Below are positions 22,463-33,300 of a stretch of 64,000 bases of DNA, piece after piece. The number at the start of each line of letters is the position of its first letter. Within the stretch, counting starts at the first letter, position 1. The translations under genes and the position numbers were made by a program. The DNA is from an uncultured beta proteobacterium (GTDB taxonomy: Bacteria; Pseudomonadota; Gammaproteobacteria; Burkholderiales; Burkholderiaceae_C), in assembly GCA_963706655.1 (NCBI GenBank), contig CAVPNN010000006.1, positions 74,356-138,355 on the forward strand. The letters are read 5' to 3'. The notes under the pieces are model-generated. The model was not told where the DNA came from. It saw nothing but the letters and a program-made list of their open reading frames with translations, and ran no database searches.

Positions 22463-23974
22463 ATGCTGTGGTTCGCGCTGCACTTGCCGCAGCTGTCGCT
22501 GGAGGCCTTCAGCGCCGCGCTGACCCCCGCGCAGCGCGCCGGGCCGCTCGCGCTGGAGGGCGAGCATCGCATTGCCGCGGTCAATGCGGCTGCGGCGGCG
22601 CGTGGCATCCGCACCGGTCTGAAACGCGCGACGGCGCTGGCGCTGGCCGGCGACCTGCTGCTCGGCCAGGCCGATGCCGCGCGTGACGCGGTGGCGCTGC
22701 AGACGGTGGCCTTCACGGCCCTGGCCTTCACCCCGATGGTGGTGGCCGATGCCGGCCACAGCGTGCTGCTGGAGGTGCAGGGCAGCCTGCGCTATTTCGG
22801 CGGTCCGCTGCGGCTGCGCCAGTGCCTGCGCGCTGCGCTCGCACCGCTCGGGCACCGGGTGCAGATCGCGAGCGCGCCGACGGCGCTCGGGGCGGCCCTG
22901 CTGGCGCGCTGGGGCGCGCAGGACCATGGCGATCTGGAATGGGGGCCGCACAGCACCGCGCTGCCGGCCTTGCACCGGCTGATCGACGCCGCGCCGGTCT
23001 GGTTGCTCGGGCCGGGGCGCGAACATTGGGAGGCCTTGCAGGGCATGGGCCTGCACCATCTGGCCGACCTGCGTGCGCTGCCACGCGCCGGGCTGGCGCG
23101 ACGCTTCGGGGCCTCGCTGCTCGACGACCTGGACCGCGCGCGGGGCGACCGCCCCGACCCGCGGGTGCCACTCGTGCCGCCGCCGGTCTTCGACAGCCGG
23201 CTCGAGCTCTTTGCGCGCGCCGACAGCACGGCCCAGGTGCTGCATGGCGCCGGCGTGCTGCTGGCGCGCCTGGTGGCCTGGGCGCAGGCGCAGCAGGCGC
23301 GTGTGGCCGGCTTCACCTTGCGCATGGTGCATGAGCGGTCGGTGCACGCCGACACCACGGCCGCGCCGCACACCGAGCTGCAGATCGAACTGGCCGAACC
23401 CTCGGCCGACCCGGCACATCTGCAATTGCTGCTGCGCGAGCGGCTCGCCCATTGCGAACTGCTCGCCCCCACGCTCGACCTGCAGTTGCACTGCCAGCAC
23501 CTCGTGCGCCGTGCGGCGCCGAACGGGGAGCTTTTCCCGAGCCGCCAGGGCGAGCGCGAAGGGCTCACGCGGCTGCTCGAGCGCCTGCGCGCACGGCTGG
23601 GGGATGGCCAGGTGTCGTGCCTGCAGGCGCATGCCGACCACCGCCCCGAACAGGCGCACCGGCAAACAGCGGCGACGCGTCTGCCGTCACCGTCGCCAGC
23701 GCCTACCGCGCCCATGGTCCTGCCCTTGCACCGCCCGGTCTGGTTGTTGCCTGCGGTGCAGGCGCTGGTCGAGCGCGGTGCGTGGCCGCTGCTGGACGGG
23801 CGGCCGCTGCAGATCCTGGCCGGGCCCGAACGCATCGAGTCCGGCTGGTGGGACGGGGCCCTGGCGGCGCGCGACTATTTCATCGCACGCGGTGAGGACG
23901 GCGCGCTGGTCTGGATCTACCGCACCCGGCTCGCGCGCGACGCCGGCTGGTATCTGCAGGGACGCTTCGGCTGA
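22463..23974 (+). CDS. imuB: Y-family polymerase-like protein ImuB
   Basis: MLWFALHLPQLSLEAF N-terminus typical of ImuB. 503 aa, 10 nt after imuA. Confidence 0.85.
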   Translation: MLWFALHLPQLSLEAFSAALTPAQRAGPLALEGEHRIAAVNAAAAARGIRTGLKRATALALAGDLLLGQADAARDAVALQTVAFTALAFTPMVVADAGHSVLLEVQGSLRYFGGPLRLRQCLRAALAPLGHRVQIASAPTALGAALLARWGAQDHGDLEWGPHSTALPALHRLIDAAPVWLLGPGREHWEALQGMGLHHLADLRALPRAGLARRFGASLLDDLDRARGDRPDPRVPLVPPPVFDSRLELFARADSTAQVLHGAGVLLARLVAWAQAQQARVAGFTLRMVHERSVHADTTAAPHTELQIELAEPSADPAHLQLLLRERLAHCELLAPTLDLQLHCQHLVRRAAPNGELFPSRQGEREGLTRLLERLRARLGDGQVSCLQAHADHRPEQAHRQTAATRLPSPSPAPTAPMVLPLHRPVWLLPAVQALVERGAWPLLDGRPLQILAGPERIESGWWDGALAARDYFIARGEDGALVWIYRTRLARDAGWYLQGRFG

Positions 23975-23976
23975 GG

Positions 23977-25110
23977 CTAGCGGCGCACGCGTCCGTCGGC
24001 GGTCAGGATCGTCATCTCGACGAAGCGCGAACCGGTGTGCTTGGTGGCACCGAAGTCGACGAAGAACCCACCGAGGTTGAACTCGCGCAGCGACTCCATG
24101 GCCGTGATGAGCGCGTCGGCCGACAACGAACCGCCCGCGCGGCGCAGCGCCTCGGTCATCACCTTGGCGCCGATATAGCCTTCGATGCTGCTGTAGTTGG
24201 GCTGGAAGTCCTTGCCACCTGCGGCCTGGCCGGCCGCCAGGTACTCGGCGGCGATCGCACTGGCCGGCGAGAACGGGAACGGCATCACCTGGCTGACGAT
24301 GACACCGCGCGCCTCGGCGCCCAGCTCATGGGCCAGGGCCTGGGTTCCGACGAAGGAGACGTTGTAGATGCTGCCGCCGAAGCCCGCCTTGCGCACGGCG
24401 CGGATGAACGCGGCGCAGGACTTGTAGGCGCTGATCTGGACGATCGCATCGGGCTTGCCGGCCATGATGGCGGGCACGGCGGCGGCCACGTCGACCGTGT
24501 TGCGTTCGACCGTGCCGAGCGCCACCGGCTCCAGGTCCAGGGTCTTCAAGGCGCGCTGCACGCCGGTCAGGCCGGCCTTGCCGTAGCTGTCGTTCTGATA
24601 GAAGACCGCGATGCGCTTGATGCCCACGGTCGTGACCTGCTTGACGATCTCGGCCGTCTCGTCGAAGTACGACGCGCGCACATGCAGGGCATAACGATTG
24701 AACGGTGCGCGCAGCCCCTCGGCGCCCGTGAATGGGGCCACGAAGGGCACCTTGGCAGCGGTCACGAGAGGCAGCGCAGCCATGCTGGTGGGCGTGCCGA
24801 CATAACCGAACAAGGCCGTCACGCCCTGGTCGATCAGGGCGCGCGTATTGGCCACGCAGCGCTCGGGCTCGTACCCATCGTCGAGGCTGCGCAGTTCGAT
24901 CTTGCGCCCGCCGATGCCGCCGCGCGCGTTGACCGCGTCGAAGTGCAGCATGGCGCCGCGCTTGAGCTGTTCGCCGAGCTGGCTGGCCGGTCCGCTGAAG
25001 GCGGCCGACTGGCCGAGCACGATCTTGCCGGCGGCCTGCGAGCGCACGGCGCCCGACAGACCCACAAGGCCCAACCCCGCGACCGACTGCACGAGATGTC
25101 TGCGTTGCAT
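23977..25110 (-). CDS. branched-chain amino acid ABC transporter substrate-binding protein (LivK/type I PBP)
   Basis: Signal MQRRHLVQSVAGLGLVGLSGAVRSQA, then KIVLGQSAAFSGPASQLGEQLKRGAMLHFDAVNARGGIGGRKIEL. Confidence 0.85.
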   Translation of the reverse strand: MQRRHLVQSVAGLGLVGLSGAVRSQAAGKIVLGQSAAFSGPASQLGEQLKRGAMLHFDAVNARGGIGGRKIELRSLDDGYEPERCVANTRALIDQGVTALFGYVGTPTSMAALPLVTAAKVPFVAPFTGAEGLRAPFNRYALHVRASYFDETAEIVKQVTTVGIKRIAVFYQNDSYGKAGLTGVQRALKTLDLEPVALGTVERNTVDVAAAVPAIMAGKPDAIVQISAYKSCAAFIRAVRKAGFGGSIYNVSFVGTQALAHELGAEARGVIVSQVMPFPFSPASAIAAEYLAAGQAAGGKDFQPNYSSIEGYIGAKVMTEALRRAGGSLSADALITAMESLREFNLGGFFVDFGATKHTGSRFVEMTILTADGRVRR

Positions 25111-25244
25111 GTTTCGCACCTGGTATGAGCGCCCGACCCGGAGCGGGGCGAGGTCCTGCAAGTCGATGGTGTCCGGCGTGTCGGGGTTTGATCGCTGTCA
25201 ATGGACACGAAGGACCGGCCAATTCGACCGATCGCCGGCGGCGC

Positions 25245-25842
25245 TCAGCGCGGCCAGAGCGCGAACAGGCCAAGCACGATGTAGACCGCTGCCGCCAATG
25301 CACGCCCGGCGCGCTCGCTGCGCCGCAGGCGCGATGCCATCCAGCCTGCGCCGAGCACCCAGGCACTGTCGGTGAGCGCGGCGATCGCGACGAAGAGCGC
25401 GCCCAGGCCCAGGCTCTGCAGCACGGCCGACCCGGCCGGGTCCAGAAAAGGGGGCAGGAAGGCGGCGAAGAAGAGGGCTGTCTTCGGGTTCAGCAGGGCG
25501 ACGACGAACCCTTGCCGCAGCGGCGCAGCGGCCGGCGCCTGGCTGCCTGCGGTCGAGGGCGCCGCGCGCCAGGCCGCTGATGCCGAGCCAGACGAGGTAG
25601 AGGCCACCGCCCACACGCACCAGCAGATAGGCCGGCGGCCACAACGCGAACAAGGCCGCCAACCCGAGCGACGCCGCCGAGGCGTTGGCGAGGTTTCCGA
25701 GCGCCACACCAGCGACCGAGGCCAGCCCGGCGCGCCGGCCCTGGGCCAGCGTGCGCGTGACGATGTAGAGCACGCCCGGCCCCGGCGTGATCGCCAGGGC
25801 CAGGCTGGCGGCGGCGAAGGCTGCGATCGACGCGGCGGACAT
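25245..25842 (-). pseudogene. LysE/RhtB-family amino-acid exporter with one frame break near 25555
   Basis: N-part MSAASIAAFAAASLALAITPGPGVLYIV...YLVWLGISGLARGA is in one frame. C-part PSTAGSQAPAAAPLRQGFVVALLNPKTALFFAAFLPPFL...IVLGLFALW* is in another. Confidence 0.75.
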
Positions 25843-25924
25843 GGCGCGACTCTAAGCTGTCGTCTGGCGCGCCGCGCGCGACCTTGCGCTATCGTGGCCG
25901 CAGCCCAATTCGCCTGCACTGCAC

Positions 25925-27322
25925 ATGATCCGAACCCTGCTCGGCGCTGGCCTGATGATGTTGGCGCTGTGCGTCCACGCAGCCCTGCCCACGACCCCGG
26001 CCGGGCAGGTGCTCGGGCGCTGGCTCGAAGCCTTCAATGCCGGCGATCCGGCCCGGATCCAGGCCTTCGACGCGCGCCATGCGGGCACGCCGCGACCGAT
26101 CGAGCAGACCCTCGAGTTCCGCGCCGAGACCGGTGGCTTCACGCTGCTGCGCGTCGAGCGCAGTGAGCCGCTGGCCCTGACCGTGCTGCTGCAGGAGCGT
26201 GAGTCGGACCGGCTGGCGCAGATGGCGATCGAGGTCAGCGCCGACGAGGTGCCGCGCGTGCTCGCGCTGTCGATCCGCCCGGCGCCGCGCCCGCCCGAAC
26301 TGGCGCTGCCGCGCCTGACGCAGGCCGGGGCGTTGGCGGCGCTGGCCGACCGTGCCGATCAGCTCGCGGCGGCCGATCGCTTCGCCGGCAGCCTGCTCGT
26401 CGCGCGCGACGGCCAGCCTTTGCTGCAGCGCCATTGGGGCCTGGCCGACCGTGAGGCGCGCAAGCCGATCACGCCGGACACGCAGTTCCGCATCGGCTCG
26501 ATGAACAAGATGTTCACCGCCGTCGCCCTGCTGCAGCTGGTCGAGGCGGGCAAGCTCGCGCTCGACGACCCGATTGGCAAACATCTGCCGAGCTACCCGA
26601 ACCGCGATGCGGCGGCCAAGGTCACGCTGCGCCATCTGCTGACCCACAGCGGCGGCACCGGCGACTTCTTCGGCCCCGAGTTCGACCAACACCGCCAGAC
26701 CCTGCGCGACCCGGCCGACTACGTGGCGCGCTTCGGTTCGCGTGCGCTCGAGTTCGAGCCGGGCACACGCTTCGAGTACTCGAACTACGGTTATGTGCTG
26801 CTCGGTGCGGTCATCGAGGCGGTGACCGGCGAGCGCTACGACGCCGTCGTCCAGCGCGCTGTCCTTGACCCCGCCGGCATGACAGCGACCGGCGCGGCAC
26901 CCGAGACCGAGGCGCTGGCGCGGCGCGCCAAAGGCTATATGCGCGACCCGCGCGATGGCAGGACCTGGGTCTCGAACGCCGACACGCTACCCTGGCGCGG
27001 CAGCCCGGCCGGCGGCGGCTATTCGACGGTGGGCGATCTGTTGCGGTTTGCCCAGGCGCTGCAAGCCGGCAAGCTGCTGTCGAAGGCGATGCTGGCCGAG
27101 GCCACGCGCGAGCAGCAGCCGGGCTACGGCTACGGCTTCGGGGTCGGCGGCGAGGGCGCGACGCGCCGCTTCGGCCACAACGGTGGCGCGCCTGGCATGA
27201 ACGGTGATCTGCGCATCTTTCCGGCGCTCGGCCTGGTGATCATCGCGCTCAGCAACGTCGACCCGCCGACCGCGACGCGGTTCGTCGACTTCTACACACT
27301 GCGCATGCCGACGACACGATGA
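25925..27322 (+). CDS. serine hydrolase, beta-lactamase/PBP4-like family, secreted
   Basis: Signal peptide, SxxK motif FRIGSMNKMFTAVAL, and an extra N-terminal domain of about 130 aa. Confidence 0.85.
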   Translation: MIRTLLGAGLMMLALCVHAALPTTPAGQVLGRWLEAFNAGDPARIQAFDARHAGTPRPIEQTLEFRAETGGFTLLRVERSEPLALTVLLQERESDRLAQMAIEVSADEVPRVLALSIRPAPRPPELALPRLTQAGALAALADRADQLAAADRFAGSLLVARDGQPLLQRHWGLADREARKPITPDTQFRIGSMNKMFTAVALLQLVEAGKLALDDPIGKHLPSYPNRDAAAKVTLRHLLTHSGGTGDFFGPEFDQHRQTLRDPADYVARFGSRALEFEPGTRFEYSNYGYVLLGAVIEAVTGERYDAVVQRAVLDPAGMTATGAAPETEALARRAKGYMRDPRDGRTWVSNADTLPWRGSPAGGGYSTVGDLLRFAQALQAGKLLSKAMLAEATREQQPGYGYGFGVGGEGATRRFGHNGGAPGMNGDLRIFPALGLVIIALSNVDPPTATRFVDFYTLRMPTTR

Positions 27323-27342
27323 ACGGGATCTGCAGCAGATAA

Positions 27343-27358
27343 CTGTATATAAAAACAG
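27343..27358. promoter_or_regulatory. LexA (SOS) box upstream of dnaE2
   Basis: CTGTATATAAAAACAG, extended as AACTGTATATAAAAACAGTATC. Nearly the full consensus palindrome, 46 nt before ATG 27404. Confidence 0.85.
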
Positions 27359-27663
27359 TATCATGGATCGACCAGCCCCGCCCTTGCGGAGTTGTCTCTG
27401 CCCATGTCTGCCGCCCTCCCTGGTTACGCCGAGCTGCATTGCCGCAGCAACCACAGCTTCCTGCTCGGCGCCTCGCACCCCGAGGAGCTGACCGGCCGCG
27501 CCCATGCGCTGGGTTATGCCGCGCTGGCGATCACCGACGATTGTTCGCTCGGCGGCGTGGTGCGCGCGCACGCCGAGGCCAAGCGCCTGGGGCTGCCGCT
27601 GATCGTCGGCGCCGAGATGAGGCTACAGCGCGAGCCTGGTGACGGCGACGTTCAACGGGAGCG

Positions 27664-27733
27664 TTCCGGATCCGGGTTTCCCGGTCCGGAACACGCCCCC
27701 CGGGGGGCAGCGAACGAAGTGAGCGTGGGGGTC
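27664..27733 (+). repeat. structured insertion in dnaE2: hairpin + C6G6 palindrome + conserved tail (copy 1)
   Basis: Hairpin TTCCGGATCCGGG ttt CCCGGTCCGGAA (27664-27691), then CCCCCCGGGGGG (27696-27707), then CAGCGAACGAAGTGAGCGTGGGGGTC. It lies where DnaE2 homologues as I recall them have only about 9 residues between IVG.EM and VLL. Confidence 0.45.
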
Positions 27734-28872
27734 CACATCTCGTGCTGTTGGCGATGTCGCGCCGCGGCTACGGCAACCTCTCGCAATGGATCACGGTGGC
27801 ACGCCGGCGTGCACCGAAAGGGCAGTACGTGGCGCTGATGGCCGACGTGGAGGGCAAGGTGCCCAATACGCCGACGCTGGCCGGCCTGCCGGATTGCCTG
27901 GCCTTGCTGCTCGCACCGGCCGCACTCGCGGCTGCGCAACCCTTCGAAACCCTGTTCGCCCAGTCCGTCTGGCTGCGCACCTGGTTCGGTGACCGCGCCG
28001 CGCTGGCGCTGCCGCTGCTGCACCGTGCGCACGACGGCCTGCTGGTGGAGATCACGCAGCGCGTGGCCACGCTCACCGGGCTGCCCATCGTGGCCGTGGG
28101 CAGCGTGCTGATGCACACCCGCTCGCGCAAGCCACTGCAGGACATGCTGACCGCCACGCGCCACAAGACCATGGTCGCCGAAGCCGGATTCGCGCTCGAG
28201 CCGAATGCCGAGGCGCATCTGCGCCCGCGCAGCCGGCTCGCTGCGCTGTACCGCCCCGAGTGGCTGGAGGCGACGCTGCAGCTGGCCGGGCGCTGTGCCT
28301 TCTCGCTCGACGAGCTGCGTTACGAATACCCGGAGGAGATCGTGCCCAAGGGCGAAACGCCGACGAGCTGGTTGCGCGAGTTGACCGAGCAGGGCGTCAA
28401 GCGCCGCTTCCCGCTGGGCGAGACCGCGGCGGTGCGCAAGACCATCGAACACGAACTGGCGCTGATCGCGCAGCTGCAGTACGAGCCCTATTTCCTGACC
28501 GTGGCCGACCTCGTGCACTGGGCGCGTGCGCAGGGCATCCTGTGCCAGGGGCGCGGCAGCGCGGCCAACTCGGCGGTCTGCTACTGCCTGGGAGTGACCG
28601 AGGTCGACCCGGCGCGCATGAGCCTGCTCTTCGAGCGCTTCATCAGCGCCGAACGCAACGAGCCGCCCGACATCGACATCGACTTCGAGCACCAGCGTCG
28701 CGAGGAGGTGATCCAGTATGTCTACAAGAAATACGGCCGCCACCGCGCCGCGCTCACGGGCGTGGTGATCAGCTACCGGCCGCGCAGCGCGCTGCGCGAC
28801 GTCGGGCGCGCGCTCGGCATCGACCTGGAGCGCATCGACGCGGTGAGCAAGAGCCAGCACTGGTGGGATGAC

Positions 28873-28910
28873 GACCCCCAGGCTCCTGCGTCGCCACCCC
28901 CCGGGGGGGC
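28873..28910 (-). repeat. second, inverted copy of the C6G6-palindrome repeat inside dnaE2 (copy 2, in frame)
   Basis: The reverse complement GCCCCCCCGGGGGGTGGCGACGCAGGAGCCTGGGGGTC aligns with copy 1 (palindrome plus about 20 of 26 tail positions). It sits in an extra Pro/Gly-rich segment WWDDDPQAPASPPPGGAAPALGRPGGGRGRG. Confidence 0.4.
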
Positions 28911-30782
28911 CGCGCCCGCCTTGGGGCGGCCCGGCGGCGGGCGGGGCCGCGGCATCAATCCCGAGCGCCTGCGCGAGAACGGTTTCGACCCCGGGTCGAA
29001 CCTGTGCCAGCTGTGGATGGAGCTGACCAAGACCCTGATCGGCTTCCCGCGCCATCTGAGCCAGCACCCGGGCGGCTTCGTCATCGCACGCGACCAGCTC
29101 GCACGGCTGGTGCCGGTGGAGAACGCGGCGATGCAAGGGCGAAGCGTGATCCAGTGGGACAAGGACGACCTCGACGCGCTCGGGCTGCTGAAGGTCGACC
29201 TGCTCGCGCTGGGAATGCTGAGCGCCATCAAGCGCGCACTCGTGATGGTGGGCGACAAGCTCGGCGACCCCGATTTCGTCATGCAATCGGTGCCGGCCGA
29301 GGACGAGCCGACCTACGACATGCTGTGCGCCGGCGACAGCGTGGGCACCTTCCAGGTCGAGAGCCGGGCCCAGATGAGCATGCTGCCGCGCCTCAAGCCG
29401 CGCTGCTTCTATGACCTGGTGATCGAGGTCGCCATCGTGCGGCCGGGGCCGATCCAGGGTGGCATGGTGCACCCCTACCTGAAGCGGCGCAGCGGCGAGG
29501 AGGCGGTCGACTACCCGAGCGACGAGGTCAAGCAGGCGCTCGAGCGCACGCTCGGGGTGCCGATCTTCCAGGAGCAGGTGATGCAGCTGGCGATACTCGC
29601 CGCCGACTTCACGCCGGGCGAAGCCGACAAGCTGCGCCGCGCGATGGCGGCCTGGAAGCGCAAGGGCGGCCTCGGCCCGTTCCACGAACGGCTCGTCGGC
29701 CGCATGGTCGCCAAGGGTTACCCGCCGGAATTTGCCGAGCGCATCTTCAAGCAGATCGAAGGCTTCGGCGAATACGGCTTCCCGGAGAGCCATGCGGCGA
29801 GTTTTGCGCTGCTGGTCTACGTCAGCGCCTGGTTGAAGCGTCACCATCCGGACGCCTTTCTGGCCGCGTTGCTCAACAGCCAGCCGATGGGCTTTTATGC
29901 CCCCGCGCAACTGGTGCGCGATGCGCGCGAACATGGCGTGACGGTGCGGCCGGTCGACGTGCGCTGCAGCGAGTGGGCGAGCACATTGGAAGGCGAGGGC
30001 GCGCAGCTCAGACCGGTGCGCCTGGGCCTGAACCGCATCGCAGGCTTGCAGCAGGAAGCGGCCGAACGCCTGCTCGCCGCCCGCGCCGAGGCGCCGTTCG
30101 CCAGCGCCGAAGACCTGGCGCGCCGCGCCGCGCTCGATGCACATCAGCTGCAGCTGCTGGCCGGCGCCGACGCGCTGGTCCACATCGTGGGTCACCGTCA
30201 TCAGGCCGCATGGGCCGTGGCCGGTGTCGACACGCGCGCCACGCCGATGCTGGCGCGCACACGCACCCATGAAGACGTGGTCGAACTGAATGCACCGAAT
30301 GTCGTCGCGCAGACCGTGGCCGACTACCGCGCCACCGGCCTCACGCTGGGCGCACACCCGATCGGCCTGTTGCGCGCGGCGCTGAACCCGTTCAAGGTCC
30401 AGCCGGCGGCCACGCTGAAGACCTACCCGAACGGGCGTCTGGCGCGCGCCAGCGGCCTGGTCACGCACCGCCAGCGGCCCGAGACCGCCAAGGGCGTCGT
30501 CTTCGTGACGCTGGAGGACGAGACCGGCAGCGTCAACGTCATCGTCTGGCCGCAGATCGCCGAGACGCAGCGCCGCGCGCTGCTGGCCAGCACCCTGCTC
30601 ACCGTCTACGGCATCTGGCAATGCGAAGGCGAGGTGCGCCACCTGGTGGCGCGCAAGCTGATCGACCACACGGTGCTGCTGCAGGGGCTGGACGTGAAGA
30701 GCCGGAATTTCCGGTAGCGTCGGACCATGTCCGACCAAGCCACCGCCCCGGTCATGTCGCCAGCTCCGGGCAGATCGACCGC

Positions 30783-31550
30783 ATGCCACGCACCGTGATC
30801 AGCAGCGTCGTCGTGGTCGCGCTCGGTTACCTGGCGTTGTGCACGTTCGTCTTCGTGCTGCAACGCCAGCTCATCTACTTCCCGACTCCGCGGCCGCCCG
30901 GCGGGGGCCCTTCGACGCTGACCTTGAACGTGGACGGTACCCGCATCCAGGTCACCTTGCGACCGCGGCGCGGGACTCAGGCGATGCTGTACTTCGGCGG
31001 CAACGCCGAGGACGTGACCTACAGCCTGGACCACCTGGCCGCCGCATTCCCGCAGCACGCGCTCTACCTGATGCACTACCGGGGCTATGGCGGCAGCGAG
31101 GGCAGACCGTCCGAGGCCGGGCTGATGGCCGACGCGCTCGCGCTCTACGACCATGTGCGCGCCGACCATCCGGACATCGTCGTCGTCGGCCGCAGCCTGG
31201 GCAGTGGCATTGCGCTGCCCTTGGCCGCGGCGCGCCCCGTCGCGCGCCTGGTGCTGGTCACGCCCTTCGACAGCCTGCTGGCGCTGGCCAGGCGCCAGTT
31301 CCCGTTCCTGCCGGTGCGCTGGCTGCTGCTCGACCGCTACGAGTCGTGGCGCCAGGCGCCGAAGATCGACACACCGACGGTCGTGATCGCGGCCGACCAT
31401 GACGAGATCATTCCACGCGCGCGCACGTTGGCGCTGCTCGGCCACTTCCGGCCCGGCGTGGCGACCCTCCAGGTGCTCGACGGAACCGGCCACAACACGA
31501 TCTCCGACAGCCCTGGCTACCTGCCATTGCTTGGTGGCGCGGTCCGGTGA
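30783..31550 (+). CDS. alpha/beta hydrolase with N-terminal membrane anchor
   Basis: MPRTVISSVVVVALGYLALCTFVFVL anchor, nucleophile elbow VVGRSLGSGIA, late D and H (GTGHN). Confidence 0.8.
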   Translation: MPRTVISSVVVVALGYLALCTFVFVLQRQLIYFPTPRPPGGGPSTLTLNVDGTRIQVTLRPRRGTQAMLYFGGNAEDVTYSLDHLAAAFPQHALYLMHYRGYGGSEGRPSEAGLMADALALYDHVRADHPDIVVVGRSLGSGIALPLAAARPVARLVLVTPFDSLLALARRQFPFLPVRWLLLDRYESWRQAPKIDTPTVVIAADHDEIIPRARTLALLGHFRPGVATLQVLDGTGHNTISDSPGYLPLLGGAVR

Positions 31551-31852
31551 AGGTGGCTCGCTTGCGCGACGGGCCACCGGCTGCCGACTCCCGATGACCG
31601 TGCAAGGAGCGAGCCGTCAATTGGGGGATGTCACGGACCGCGCGCCCGGCGTCCGCGGCACCATCGCGGATCTCGTGGGTTGGCTCGGGTCCTGTGCACT
31701 TGGCGCCACGCACCTTGAGCGCCCTCAATTCCGACGCTAGGGCAGCGACACGCTCGCCGGTACATTGCATACAAACGAATAAATGTCCCGAGACTGCCGG
31801 CGATCCCGGCCAGATCGGTTGCTCCTGACGGCGTGACACGGGGTGGGCCTTG

Positions 31853-33284
31853 ATGGTGGATGAGACAGCGCCCCGCGCAGCGCGGCTGGGGCACGGCGAC
31901 TTGCGCATCCTGGCCGGTCTGCTGGCCGGTACCAGTGTCGTCACGGTGGACTTCTTCGCGGTCCTGGCGGCCTTGCCGTTGCTGCAGCAACGGCTGGGGG
32001 CGTCACCGGGGGAACTGCAGCTGATCGTCGCGGGCTATGCGGTGATCACGGCCTGCTTCCTGATCATCGGCGGGCGCCTCGGCGACGCCTGGGGCCGACA
32101 GCGTGTCTTCATGGCCGGCCTGATGCTCTTCTGCGTGGGGGCCATCGGCGGCGCGCTCGCGGGGTCGGTGTCGGTCATCATCGGCATGCGCCTGGTCCAG
32201 GGGCTCGGTGGCGCTCTCCTGCAACCCCAGGTGCTGGGCCTGCTGACCGTCCACTTCGACGCCTCCCAACGGGCGCGCGTGTTCGGCATCTACACGACGA
32301 CGCTGGCGGCGTCGGCCGTGGCCTCGCAGCTGATCAGCGGGGCGCTCGTGCAGTGGCTGCCAGGGCAGCTCGCATGGCGCCTGTGTTTCGTGCTCAGCGT
32401 GCCGCTGTGCCTGATGGCGGCGTGGCTGACCGCCCGGCTCGAAGACGACCCGAGCGAGCGCAGCCCGCGCATCGACCTCATGGGGTCGCTGATCCTGGCC
32501 TGCGCGCTCGGCAGCCTGAGCGCCGCGCTGACGCTCGGGCGCGACCAGAACTGGCCCGCCTGGTCGGGGTATTCGGTCGCAGGCGGACTCGTCTGCCTGG
32601 CCCTGATGGTGCTCTGGCAACGCAGTGCGGGCTCGGCAGGAGGCCCGGTCGCACCGCGTCTGATTCCACCAGGCCTGCTGGGGCTCAACCGGTTCACGCT
32701 GGCGGTGGGTGGCGTGATGCTGTTCTACGCAGGCGTGTCGTCCTTCTATCTGGTGTTCGCCCTGTCGTTGCGGGCCTCGGGCCAGTTCTCGCCAGCCGCA
32801 ATCGGCATGGTGTTCGGCCTGATGGCGGTGGCCGTGGCCGGGACGTCGGCGGCGACGACGCGAGAACGCCGGCGCGCGCGAGCGCTGGCTGGGGCAGGGC
32901 GTGATCCTGCTCGCGCTCGGGCATCTCGTGTGGCTGGAGGCGATGTACCAGGAGGAAGCCCTGGCGCAGGTGATCGGGGTGCTGGTGGCGGCCTTGCTGC
33001 AGGGGTCCGGGCTCGGCCTGCTGATGGGCCGCCTGATGGCCAATGCGGTGTCGCAGCTCAAACCTCACCAGGCGTCGGTCGGTTCGGGCGTCGCGTCGAC
33101 GATGCAGCAGGTGGGCAACTCGCTGGGTGTGCTGCTGATCGGGCTCGCCTACTTCGACGATGCGGGACAGGGGCGCGATCTGGCGGCCGCGGTCGGCTAC
33201 CTCGTGGTCACGCTGGCCGGGCTGTGGGTCATGGTGCGTGCAGCGCACTGGATGCACGCGCGCCGGATGATGCCCGAGAGTTGA
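31853..33284 (+). pseudogene. MFS transporter (14-TM drug/H+ antiporter-like) with one frame break near 32875
   Basis: The N-part through ...GMVFGLMAVAVAGTSAATTRE is in the frame of 31850. The C-part RWLGQGVILLALGHLVWLEAMYQ...VVTLAGLWVMV continues in ORF 32901-33284. Confidence 0.75.
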
Positions 33285-33300
33285 GCACCGGCTGCGGCCG

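Larger units (their letters stand above)
27404..30717 (+). pseudogene. dnaE2: error-prone DNA polymerase III alpha subunit DnaE2 (ImuC); one frame break at about 27700 as sequenced
   Basis: PHP N-terminus [22 protein letters not shown]...[17 protein letters not shown]...LIVGAEM (ORF 27392-27838). It continues in another frame as [26 protein letters not shown]... to 30717 (991-aa ORF). The shift is best placed at the C6G6 run 27696-27707. Confidence 0.9.

Noticed and set aside
31551-31852. A possible divergent regulator gene upstream of the MFS transporter (minus-strand text MQCTGERVAALASELRALKVRGAKC...).
   Set aside because: The ORF is short, has no helix-turn-helix or other recognisable motif, and its downstream text is Arg/Gly-rich. 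The evidence is insufficient to call a gene.
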